DNA of 64,000 nt from Trichoplax adhaerens (lineage: Eukaryota; Animalia; Placozoa): the NCBI RefSeq assembly GCF_000150275.1, contig NW_002060953.1, positions 369,082-433,081 on the forward strand, read 5' to 3'. The translations under genes and the position numbers were made by a program. Below are positions 22,028-38,876 of the stretch, piece after piece (positions within the stretch are counted from its first letter, which is position 1; each line of letters begins with the position of its first letter). The notes below the pieces were generated by a model that ran no database searches, was not told where the DNA came from, and saw only the letters and a program-made list of their open reading frames with translations.

Positions 22028-24519
22028 AGTAGATGAATTAAGCAGTTACTGTATTGTTTCTTCTTCTTTTTGCAATTGGCAACTGTATTTTTTAATGTAT
22101 TAACAGTTGAGTTCAACAATACAGTTTGGCAAAGTTGACAAAGTCCAATTTATTTTTTTTCTTGACTTGCAGTGATTGCAGGCTATCACTAGTGGAATTC
22201 AGTTGGTGCTGAACAATATCGATTGTGTTGCAATGGACTTTTCGATTTGGTCTTGACTTTGCTAAAATCAATGGAATGCCTAAAAGGATAAAATAACAAG
22301 TCCACATTAGTCTAATCCTCCATTGCCATTAGGCTTGATAGATCGTTGATAAAATGCGTGGAAACGATGGCAAGGAACAAGTTTGAATAAGAGCCCGCAA
22401 AATACACATTGAAAGGGTTCTCCCATCGCCCAGGTTGTACTCCATTTTTTACACAACCTACAAGATCGGTCGACGATGATGATCCAACTGTTGTCGATGT
22501 TGATCAACAAACTATCTTGACTAAACATGTTGTCGTCCTCTGGCGTTCTTTCTTCCATGCTATCCACACACAGACAGTCATCCACTTTCAACGGTATCCA
22601 AAAATAGTGTTGTAGAAATGCCATCATGACAATCAACAAGCTTGTTGAATACGATGGTTCATCGCTTAAGGCATGTTTGCATGACTTGCAAGTTAAATGG
22701 GTAAAAAATGGCGGCGTTATCGTCTACAACTTGAGCAAGAAGATCAAGCCGACGCTTTTTCCACTGGCATGGAATGATGGCGTTCAAAAAGAAAATAGTC
22801 AATGACGATAGGATGACATTGCTCTTGGCGAAGAGCAATATACGATGATAATATTGAAGAGTGGATCCATTGGCCCAATACTGAAATAAGTCTAATAGCG
22901 ATGATGATTTTTTTGGGGGGGGGAGGATTTTTTTTTTTTTGCCCCCCATTCTACAGTATCTGTATTTTAATGGCGGCTACTACTACAAACTATTTTCGCT
23001 ATCCATCATCGTACTCGATACGAACATCGACTCTAGCTTGCATGTTGTCCATTTACTCATGTCATCAAAGTGATGGATAGATCTACCATCCATCCAAGAA
23101 GCAAATCCATCATCATGGGTCTATTACTAGATTGAAATGGTTTTACCTTGAAGATGGGACGATTGGACAAGATTTTTTGATGTACGTCTTTTGTACTGTT
23201 GTCGACGATAGACTATCATCCACTGGCTACTATCGATCGATTCTCATCGATAGTGGAAAAGGATCAACACGAATGTCACTTATAAGATGATGAGAATCAT
23301 CCATCGCTTATGCTGTCTACGACTGTTAAAAATAGTATCTGACTCCATTGGAGTAGAAAAAGAAAGATCGACATTGGCCAACAAACAGAGTCCAAAACAA
23401 CAACAACAACTTGTCCATACTTGGATCGCTGTCCATGTTGCTTCATGTCCTTCTTTCAATCATTTTGAATCATATCAACACTAACCTTATTACCAATAAC
23501 GATCGATGGACACAATCGATGATCAATTGTGCAAGAAAAGGACGATTTAATGGAATAATCAAGTTGGAAAAGAATCCAATCCCAGCTGACTTTCAACACC
23601 TGCAAAAAGGAGAAAAAGAGACTTGGATTAATGGAGCGATTGCAAGTGTCAACTCTTCCATCTATTTGACTACTGTAGCCTTTTCAATCATCAATCAACC
23701 CAATCGACAAGGATGATCCCTTACTGAATCAACGATTGAAACATTCAAGGCGATTGCCAACAGCAAATGAGCGCTAGAAAACGACGATTAACCTTAGCGA
23801 TGTTGATGCAACCACTGCTAACAAAATGGATGTTCACCACTGAAGGAGATGGACGGGCAAGAAGATGCCCAAGTCATGCTCTTCCACGAGTAGTGTGTAT
23901 CGTACAGTTGTATTAGCATCATGAGAGTGTATGGGATGATGGCAAGGATGCTTGCCATCACCAGTCAATCAGCCCATGTCGTGAAAGCAACTGCAATGGC
24001 CACTCCCTGGAGACTGCAATGGGCAATATGTGTATTGGCAGTGGTTGATGGGGGTTAGAACTCAAACAGCTGTTGATAATCCATCATTTTAATGGCCAAG
24101 CTAAAAGAGCAAACTTCTTAAACCTTCTTGATTGCCTCCTGGTCGTTGCCATGGCCGTAAGGCCACAACCATTGGGATGCCTTTCCATGCCAAAACTCAT
24201 GTCGTATACCGCGATCCCGCTGTAACATACTTTCAGTCCGTATACTACTAATGGCATCATGACAAGAGTAGTGATTATGATCCCTTGAAAATCAACGCTA
24301 TACTATGCTATTTCAAGCAAAATTAAAGTCACCATGACCATACTAGTAGTATATCTCCCAATGAACACCCAGAAGGTGACATCACTTTTGCGACAGACGA
24401 CTCGCGAGCTTGTACCTAGAAAAGAACGTGTCCTGCGGTCTGTATGTCTGTTGTTTCGCTGCGCTAGTCTAGTGCAGTATTTGGCTCAACCAAAGAGCCA
24501 ATTCTGCCCGAAGGATTCT

Positions 24520-25527
24520 AACGATTCTAAAATGGAGTTAGCTGTATGTTGAACTACTTCCAATGCATCGCTAATCGCATTCTAAAATTGAATAGAATCC
24601 CCAGTCTGTGTGTCTGTTGTTTTCTGTGCTAATCTAGTGCTGTATTTTGCTCAACGAAAGGGCCAATTCTGCCCTAAAATGCCCTTAATCGCATTCTAAA
24701 ATGGAGCTAGCCTAATGTTCAAATACTTCCGAAGCATCGCTAATCGCATCCTAAAATACTTCCAATGCATCGCTAATCACATCCTAAAATGGAGCTAGCC
24801 TAATGTTCAAATACTTCCGAAGCATCGCTAATCGCATCCTAAAATACTTTCTGACAGGTCTATCAAATGGTAATACTATCTGTTAAATGAGCACATTATC
24901 GTAAACCGTCAGCAAAGCGACGGGAGTTTGCACTAGTCACATTCGAAAATAGAGCTAGCCTAATGTTCAAATACTTCCGAAGCATCGCTAATCGCATCCT
25001 AAAATACTTCCAATGCATCGCTAATCGCATCCTAAAATACTTCCAATCCATCGCTAATCGCATCCTAAAATGGAGCTAGCCTTATGTTCAAATACTTCCG
25101 AAGCATCGCTAATCACATTCGAAAATAGAGCTAGCCTAATGTTCAAATACTTCCAATGCATCGCTAATCGCATCCTAAAATGAAGCTAGCCTAATGTTGA
25201 AATACTTCCGATGCATTGCTAATCACATCCTAAAATGGAGCTAGCCTAATGTTGAAACACTTCGGAAGCATCGCTAATCACATCCTAAAATGGAGCTAGC
25301 CTAATGTTGAAACACTTCGGAAGCATCGCTAATCACATCCTAGAATGGAGCTAGCCTAGTGTTGAAATGCTTCCGAAGCATCGCTAATCGCATCCTAAAA
25401 TGGAGCTAGCCTAATGTTGAAATACTTCCAATGCATCGCTAATCACATCCTAAAATGGAGCTAGCCTAATGTTGAAATACTTCCAATGCATTGCTAATCA
25501 CATCCTAAAATGGAGCTAGCCTAATGT
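24520..25527. repeat. 55-bp minisatellite with shorter ~30-bp variants, upstream of Ras
   Basis: Unit AAAATGGAGCTAGCCTAATGTT(G/C)AAATACTTCC(GAA/AAT)GCATCGCTAATC(A/G)CATCCT with period 55 at 25231, 25286, 25341, 25396, 25451 and 25506; interrupted by unique sequence at ~24850-24936. Confidence 0.95.
24832..24936 (+). mobile_element. Short non-autonomous Helitron-like insertion (3' terminus clear, 5' end tentative)
   Basis: Hairpin CCGTC-AGCAAAGC-GACGG (24906-24923), 9-nt spacer, CTAG (24933-24936), then T. Removing 24832-24936 (starts TC, preceded by A) restores the array sequence GCATCGCTAA|TCACATTCGAAAATAGAG seen intact at ~25103-25130. Confidence 0.6.
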
Positions 25528-27264
25528 GCAAGGGAAATACTACACTGACTGATCTTAATCGACGCTAGGATACTGTGCTACAGGCATCAATGACGCAATA
25601 AAATAGCCCAAAAGTAGTTGCATTCAATGACCACATCGTGCTGACCAACCAGCGATCGCGTGCAAACTACGCCTAGTAACCACTATTCAAATTCATAACG
25701 TATATTCGTGTAGTTTTGTTCAATAGCCTACTTGACGGCTATTAGTTCTTGGCCAACCCTAAAAATCAAGTAGAAAAATCATTCTCTTCTTCTTCTTCAG
25801 ACTATACTGTACATGGACTCCATAGACTGCCTTTCCAGGGCCCATTGCTACACGCCCTCCATCCATTGATAACTACGATATAAATCGTTATACCACACCA
25901 AAATAGCCAATCATGTCCGATTTCACTTTTTCAAGTGGTAAACTTATCAAAATGAAACCTATCCATCATTCCAAGTATTTTTTAACGCTGTCCATGATGG
26001 TGTCGAAATTGGCAGTCCTACTGCTATAGCCTTGACAAAATAAATCGCATGGTCGGTCATGGTATTGTAGGAATTGGAATGGACACTGACGTTTTTCAAT
26101 CCTTGAAGAAAACGATAATGCTGTACAAGATACCACAATCATCCATGAACAACGAGGGGGTATCGTATGTAGATGAATTATTGATTCCAATCTACTTCAG
26201 CTTACACACAAAATAATGCATTAGAAATAATTTTTAAAAATCCAATTTCTTCAACCCTGATCATGGCTTTGCCTACAGGGTAATTCTCTTGCCTTACACT
26301 TTGGCTACAACGAACTTACCAATACTCAATTCTCATACAAACTGGATAAAACATGACTCTGTAGAGCCATGTAATAAGACGTAGTTGACAAGTATCAAAG
26401 ATGTACAAAGTCTACAAGGTAATCAAAATCTGTGAGTGGAATGGGTGTATGATTTAGTGGCCAGCTGCCACTATGGTTGTCAAAAGCAATCTTGAAAACA
26501 TCAAATGTACCATAGCATACTGTCGGAAACAAATTACATGTAGCAGTATCTCTTTCTCTCTACCTTGTACCTAACGGGCTTAGAGTAATAAAGTTCTCTT
26601 CTCAGAACAGCTTTCTCTCATCTTAGTCTATAAGTAGAAAGACATATTACTACCTGCTCTTTCTACTACTGATTAACAATTCAATCGTCAAGAAACTATG
26701 TTAACAACCATTGCTTACTCTTTCATTGCCATGGCTAAAACTGCAATAGATCGAGTTAGCCAGGTTGCTATCCATGATAATTAGACACTACAGTACTATA
26801 GAATCGGCTGGAACAAAATCTAATAGCGTTCCCTTTATAAAGAAATATAGAAACTATTTATAAATTACAAATGCTGCCTGTTTCCAATAAAAAAACAATA
26901 AATTGACAAATGAAGAAAGTAACCCAATATTATAAATTGACAACATTCAGATTAAGCTTCTCATTCAATTATGACCATGAAAAAGCTATAGCCTCCAATT
27001 CTGATGATTCTTAAACCATGTCCATTTGCTATCCTATAACATTATACCATGAGCAATTCAGCATGGATTAATGTAGCCCGATGCCTATGAATTTACAGAT
27101 GGCCACCGTTCGATATGCTAGCCACTAGTAATCTTTTTGCTACAAAACTAAACAACTCTATCCCTATGCAAAATAACAAACGAATACAATCATTGTGTGC
27201 ATTTCTGTTCCAGCTGAAAATAACTCACCCTATACTCAGAGCAGCTAATGCTGAATAATGGCGA

Positions 27265-27710
27265 AATTCTGACATTTTTTTTTTGCTCTTATCAAACTAT
27301 CAAATTCGACAATTCAATTGGCATCACTGCATCCTTCAAAATCGAAAAAATAAATAAACAAGGCAATATATTCTCATGTAGCACTACAACGAGTCTCGCT
27401 GTAGAGGTAGTAAAGCAATTTAGGCTAAACCCATATCCTGTAGAAAATGCCGATGGAATTTTTATCAAGCACTATATTGTAAATTTTTCCGACATTTTTT
27501 TCCTCTTATCAAACTATCGAATTGGACAATTCAATTGACATCACTGTATCCTTCAAAATCGAAAAAATAAACAAGGCAATATATTCTCATGTAGCACTAC
27601 AACGAGTCTCACTGTAGAGGTAGTAAAGCAATTTAGACCAAGCTTATATACTGTAGAAAATGCCGATGGAACTTTTACCAAGCACTGTATTGTAAATTTT
27701 CCATTTTTCT
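27265..27710. repeat. ~215-bp tandem duplication directly upstream of the ALDH3 relic exon
   Basis: GTAGCACTACAACGAGTCTC at ~27378 and ~27591; GTAGAAAATGCCGATGGAA in both copies. Confidence 0.9.
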
Positions 27711-27722
27711 TGTCATAAATAG

Positions 27723-28371
27723 ATAGTTGATAATGCACGTATGGCCTTCTACTCTGGTAAGACCCGAAACATTCAATTTCGGCAGAAGCAGCTAAGAACT
27801 TTACTGAAGTTTACACAAGATCATGAAAAAGAAATTTGCGAGTCAATTTTTGAGGACTTGCAGAAGGTATGCATTTCTTATTTCATTCAAGAATTACTTG
27901 ATTGTTAATTAATATCATTCCATATAATAATTAGACAATCATTTCATCAACTATCTTATTCCGTTTATCCATTCTGTACATAATGGAAAAAATAGATTGT
28001 ATATAATAAACTATAAACCTTTTTCCGAATGATGTAATGCGTCAATATGAGTTTTAAAGATGTCATTTTAACCTGTGTAGAAGAGTCGCTCGTTTAATTG
28101 ATAAAAAGAAAGTTGCCGTTGAAGGAGAGATTGATAGAGAAGATAAGTTTATTTCTCTAACCGTCCTAACCGGCACGGAACCAAATGATCCTATAATGCA
28201 AGAAGAGGTAACACTATTATCTACTGATGCTAAAAGATATAGAATACTTTCAATCTAACGCCAGCATTAATACTGTCCATTGCTGTGTATATTTACAAAG
28301 ATATTTGGCCCAGTACTGCCGATTGTCAATATTGCGACTGTCGATCAAGCCATCAATTTTGTCCATTGTAG
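27723..28371 (+). pseudogene. Internally deleted ALDH3 paralogue (3 recognisable exons)
   Basis: 27723-27866 (IVDNARMAFYSGKTR...FEDLQK; 144 nt, same as 33353-33496), 28081-28207 (RVARLIDKKKVAV...IMQEE) and 28301-28371 (IFGPVLPIV) match exons 2, 9 and 10 of the intact gene. Exons 3-8 with ELGGK and the catalytic Cys are absent, and exon 2 (phase 0 end) cannot join the next retained exon (phase 2 start) in frame. Confidence 0.85.
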
Positions 28372-29149
28372 GTAATTTCAGCATTGCATATTTACTCTAC
28401 TGTTAAACTCTCCATTTATCGCCTTCAATAAAGACATTATTTATAAACAACGTCTTGTTCTAATCGTTTGTATTTGATTTTCAACGCATGGTATAGCCTT
28501 CGAAAGTTTCGCTAATGTTGTCTGTAAATTGACCAAATTCCATTTAAAATTTAACTGTCCGTACTAAACCTCATCAAGAAAGTTGACATCTCTTTTAATA
28601 AACTCCACCTATGCTAACTTAAGCCTACATTATATAGAACGACGAGTTTTATAGTTGGCATCTTGGCATAAAGTTACATTTACAAGTACAGTTCAATCTT
28701 CGATTTGCAATTAAATAACAATTTCCTTTTCGTATGTGTACATCGTATTTCAATAAAAGCTTTACTATTGTTTCTATGACTATAATTATTAGCTGTAGGA
28801 AGTTCTCTTTTCTGGCATGATATTACTCATCTTTGTAGGTCATTATACCAGTGATACCTCGAACATTGTAAAATAAATTGTAGTTATAGCATGTTACTAT
28901 CGTGTCTAAAGGATGTTGCAAAGTAACTGGTTTGTCTAGGACAATTTACGTTAAATTATGATAATAAAAACAATACCGAATTGTAATGTCTATATAACTA
29001 ACGTTAGGGTACGTTTTTTGGTACTTTCGTTGTTGAATTTACTCTATTTTTGTAAGACTAACATAATATTCAGTCACTGACGTACTTTATTATTACAAAT
29101 TGATTCTGTGCCACTCTGTCTGAATAACTATCAGCATCAATACTCTGCT

Positions 29150-31030
29150 AATAGAGCTTTTTCCCAAATCCTCAACCTAGCTCCAGTAATAGTATAATCT
29201 TTGCATGCTATTTTGAGAATTGTCATCACACCGTCCTCATCTTAATATTGTAGCTCATCTTGTACGTAGTATAAACTTGTAGAATAACACATTCCATGGA
29301 ATGGATCTGGCTTACTACTCTACACTTGTATTATCGACTGTAATAAGATCACATGTTGCAAATATCCACGCGAACCAGGATATGGTATAGTAGTTCATCG
29401 TTATATCCGATCTAGCTTAGTCATTACAGTTGGATTATGGCGCGTAGCTGTTGCATGGATTGATCATAATAGTACACTTTGCTCAGTCAACGAACTAAAA
29501 TAAGGTAATTCAATAACTTTGCACAACACATTCATTGTCTCATTACCAGAATATCGGTAATATTCTCTGTACAATTATTGCTATTTATTTCTATTCATTT
29601 CAAGCAATTCACTGCCACTTTCAAGTTCCTCCGCAAATCCGCAACCTGACTTCAACAGTAGCAAAGTCCTTGTATTCTGTTTTGAAGTTTTGTTTTCTGT
29701 TTTATTTCACATCGCCGTCATTGTAACACCGTAGCTTTTCTTGTACATGCTATCAACTTATCGAAATAGGAACGACGGAATGGATTTGGCTTTCTACTCT
29801 ACCCTTGTATTCTAATTATCTGCTGTAATACAGTCACATCACATGTTGCAAATATCCATATCCACTAGGATATGGTACAATAGTGATGTTCCATATTTGA
29901 TTTTGCTCAGTCATTCCAGTTCCTTTAATTTGTATTCATTTCAAGCAATTCACTTCCACTTTCTCAAGTTCCTTCGTAAATCCTCAACCTAACTGCAGCA
30001 GTACCATAGTCTTTGCATGCTATTTTGAGAATTGTCAGACTCGTGGTTTCATTACTAGAATATTGGGAATATTGTAAGGATAATTCATACAATAATCTTA
30101 GCAGTACCATAGTCTTTGCATGCTGTTTTGAGAATTGTCAGACTCGTGGTCTCATTACTAGAATATTGGGAATATTATAAGGATAATTCACACAATAACC
30201 CTAGCAGTATCATAGTCCTTGCATGCTGTTTTGGAAATTGTCGTCCTATCGCTGTCATTGTAATACCGTAGTTTTTCTTATACATACTATCAACTTATAG
30301 AAATAGGAATGGCGGAATGGATTTGGCTTTCTACTCTACTGTAATACAGTCACATCACATGTTGCAAATATCCATATGCACTATAGGTAGTAAGATAGAA
30401 TTACAAAATGGTGAAGACTATTGTACACTTTGCAGAATTGTCAGACTCGTGGTCTCACTACTAGAATATTGGGAATATTGTAAGGATAATTCACACAATA
30501 ACCTTAGCAGTACCATAGTCTTTGCATGCTGTTTTGAGAATTGTCAGACTCGTGGTCTCATTACTAGAATATTGGGAATATTGTAAGGATAATTCACACA
30601 ATAACCCTAGCAGTATCATAGTCCTTGCATGCTGTTTTGAGAATTGTCGTCCTATCGCCGTCATAGTAATACCGTAGTTTTTCTTATACATACTATCAAC
30701 TTCTAGCAATAGGAATGGCGGAATGGATTTGGCTTTCTACTCTACACTGGTATTCTCTACTGTTTTTACAAATATCGCTATACCTTTGTCATATATCTGA
30801 ATCATAGACTTGGCTAATGTTAGTATAGTAATTATAGGGAGTAAAATATAATTATAAAATGGCGGAGACTATTGTACACTTTGCTCGGTCAATGAAGCAA
30901 CATAAGCAACATCAATACCTAAACACAACAAACTCCGACTCGTTGCCTCAATATCAGAATAGTGCGAATATGGTACGTCTAATCCTTGCTATTGATTTCT
31001 ATTCTTTTCAAGCAATGCACTTTACTGCTG
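29150..31030. repeat. Nested higher-order repeat: 103-bp units inside ~400-540-bp duplications
   Basis: GCAGTA(C/T)CATAGTC(T/C)TTGCATGCT at ~29998, 30101, 30204, 30507 and 30610; GAATGGAT(T/C)TGGCTT at ~29300, 29778, 30315 and 30721. Confidence 0.9.
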
Positions 31031-31939
31031 TACAGTCTATGGATATGCATCAAAGCTACGTCTGTTAGCAACATGGAAGTCAATCAATAAATCGAAAAAG
31101 AAATAAAATAGCCATCTTTTTACTCCATTTCTGGTTTCAGTTGGTTGACTAAGGAATGCCTATGACATGATATTTGCACTGGGAAGGTCGATCGTCCTTG
31201 TGACTCCTAGCGTCTCCGTTTTCCACTACAGTTACGCTTAGAATGGATTTCCTACCATCACGTGATGTTGTGATGATCCACTGATGATTGGCTAGCCATT
31301 TCGCTTTCTACTGTACTGTAATAGGACGACCTAGAGTAGAAATAATATCCAAGGTTGATTACTATAGGCATTCCATGCAGCCGTGACATTTAATTTGCAC
31401 ACCATTTGCTATCGGATTTGAACTCTGACCTCTTGATCCCCTTCGTTATTTCCCTAGAATTCCAACTTCAATTTAGGACACCGTATAGCAAATGAGACGT
31501 ATGGGCCCCTAAAAACTCGTCCTATTCCGTATTGCAAATAGGATCTCAATGACAACATGGCTATCTCATCCTTGCGGCACTGGCTCAGTTGAAATCCTAA
31601 AGAGCATCGATGACATCATGCTTCGTTAATAAGGACAGTACAGTATCCAACCACCCCACAGAAGCGGTAGTAAGGTCAATGTGAACTGGACAGTATTAGT
31701 CAGCAAAAAGTCGTCAACTGAACCGATACGTACCGTACCGAACCGAACCGTCCTTTCTCTGGTCCAGTATTAGACCTGGAAGACCCTCGAGAGACCCTCC
31801 CACCGGTACTGCAACTGAGTGTGCAGCTGGTATACTACGCAGTCGCATTGCAACAGTCCTCCCCTCCAAATTAGAGATCTAAAAACTTCAAAACAACTGG
31901 ATAGCATAGGTGCAAAATTCGCAGTTCTACTCTACAATC

Positions 31940-36547
<4,608 letters not shown>

Positions 36548-37100
36548 TATCGCTAATATCTTGTCGCATTTACAGCATATAGCTTAAGTTCTAATTAGTG
36601 ATTAAAAACTACAAATAGAGTATGATCCAATTGTACCGGTAAAACTTTGCTCAATTTAGACCGTGAACTACATCGTATAATTGCGTACACACATATTCAT
36701 CTTTTATGATATAGAATTGCAACTGTTCAACTGATGTATAATTTTAAGATTATTCATGCATATGGTAACCATTGACAGACATAAATACATGGATAAAATG
36801 ATATCAGAAATAATCGGTTGCTGTAGAAATGTAGATATTGATAACGTAGATTTATGGTTCTTTTTCAATGATAGTAGAGCACTTGAGCTACAGTAGTACG
36901 TAAGTAGATATCACTATAAGTGCGTATATTCCATTCAGCCATACTAAGTAGCAGCTTCAATGAATTACCTCAATCATTGTAATGGATTGATTTAACCCCT
37001 GTAACTGAAATGTCACAAATAAAAAATGGAATAGAACCGAAATTTTTTTTATTGGTCAAAAGTTTACATTGTATACAGAAATAACATGAGCTACAGTCTC

Positions 37101-38850
37101 TTAAAACTTTTGAAATTGCTTCTTGCCAGATTGTTGTTTCGTTACTTTCAGAACATTAAAACGCACAGTCTTACTTAACGGTCTGCATTGACCAACAGTT
37201 ACAGTATCGCCAAGTTGCACATCCCTATTATCAAGACCAATAAGCAATTCAGTTAGTCCTTACTACTCAGCGACAGCCAGAGCATCACATGTTGAACATA
37301 TATTGCATTAGCCGCAAGTTTAACAAGCTAATAGAATATTTTAGCCGACAACCACATACGTATGCAACAACAAGTAAGAATGACTTACGGGAAACAAGGA
37401 GATAAATGTACAGCCAAGTTCTTATGACGTTTCTCATATCGATTATACTTTTTGATGTAGTGAAGATAATCCCGTCGAATGACAATCGTCCTCCTCATCT
37501 TCATTTTAGCAACTACACCGGTCAGGATACGACCACGAATGCTAACATTACCAGTAAAAGGACATTTCTTATCAATGTATGTTCCTTCCGTAGCCTAAAT
37601 AAAGATAATTGCAAAGACTTTTAGTGCCGCAATTATTTTATTCAACAGGATGAGCAAGTCATACGTCCAAGTAGTTTGTTTTATAACCGAAAAGTAGTAG
37701 TAAATAGTTTACACCCCATTGATACAGTTGCAACCTTAAAAGGAAGTCACAAACATCCACAACAAAGTTTCAACCGTGAAATCGAGCGCGATCTTACCTC
37801 TCTTGGAGTTTTAAAGCCTAAGCCGATATTACGAACGTAGCGGCGATCTTTTCTTTTTGTAGCAAGCACATTCTTTTTATTTTGAAAGATAGTCGGTTGT
37901 TTCTGATAGGCTTTCTCAATCTACAGAATTATAAGATGATTCAACTTATTGTGGAATCAGTACCGATGGACGCAAAGTCACATACTATCATGACAATTAT
38001 ACACACATATTTTGGTTATTTTAGTCAGTGAATTAGAAACTGCTGTATACCTCATTTCTATATGCTAGACAGTAAGCAATTATAGCATTTCATCTGTACT
38101 AAGTTTGTAATATTGTCCATAAAGCTAATCACTACACAATATCTAGAATGTAGCATGTCTTTCCAAATGGTATTGGAATTCGTATCTACTCTATAGCATC
38201 ACGCTGGGTACGTAGTAGCCTGTATGATCGACATTTCAATCTTTTCCTATGTATCAAGTCCAATTCTATCAGGCATAGTGGATTATAGCATCCTCCTTGA
38301 TACATCTATAAGCAATAAACCACAGCTAAACTGAAAAGGAATGATTGCAAGAGACCCTATTTGGTCAGTCATGTACTTTCTCTTCTAGCCAGCAAGGAGG
38401 CTAGGATTCAAGCCGTTTTGATCGAGCAACTACTTTACCCATATCATTATCTACAAGGAATGTCGATCGTCATCACTGGACAAGAAGATCGCTGTAATAA
38501 GCGAATATTGAATTTCTTTAACCCATTAATATACAGAAATAGAAGATGATAATACAAAGTGGAAGCTTTCCAAGTAAGGCAGATACACGTCTAAAGGTTT
38601 AATGCACATGGTGTAAAAATTGCCTACAGTCAATCTACTTGTCATCCAGTATCGACTAATGCATGTCGTTCTCATTGTGAATTCCACGATAGCAAAGTCA
38701 TTACACTAGCTCAAACACTTAAAATAGTAAAAAGTACATCATAAATCATTCCTTCAAGCTAGGAAATAGAGAGAGAAGGCAATTTTCATCACTTCTATCG
38801 AGTAAAAGTAAACACTGTCTTGCTAGAACGAGACCTACCTGTTCCGCCAT
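37101..38850 (-). CDS. RPS11: 40S ribosomal protein S11 (uS17), 4 exons
   Basis: Exons 38850-38839, 37920-37798, 37594-37389, 37224-37101: [16 protein letters not shown]...GLGFKTPRE...[19 protein letters not shown]...[11 protein letters not shown]...[17 protein letters not shown]...KKQFQKF*. Confidence 0.97.
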
Positions 38851-38864
38851 GATGATGAATTGCT

Positions 38865-38876
38865 GAAAGGAAGGAA
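38865..38876 (-). promoter_or_regulatory. Polypyrimidine (TCT/5'TOP-like) initiator of RPS11
   Basis: TTCCTTCCTTTC lies 14 nt upstream of the ATG, as expected for animal ribosomal protein genes. Confidence 0.7.

Noticed and set aside
24520-25527. CRISPR-like appearance of the 55-bp array
   Set aside because: No unique spacers between repeats, no cas genes, eukaryotic context.
37225-38838. Intronic C/D snoRNAs in RPS11 (GTGATGA at ~38470; GTGATG...CTGA in intron 3)
   Set aside because: No box C/D pair with a proper terminal stem and a verifiable rRNA guide; the last intron-3 CTGA overlaps the likely branch point. A snoscan or Infernal search would settle it.
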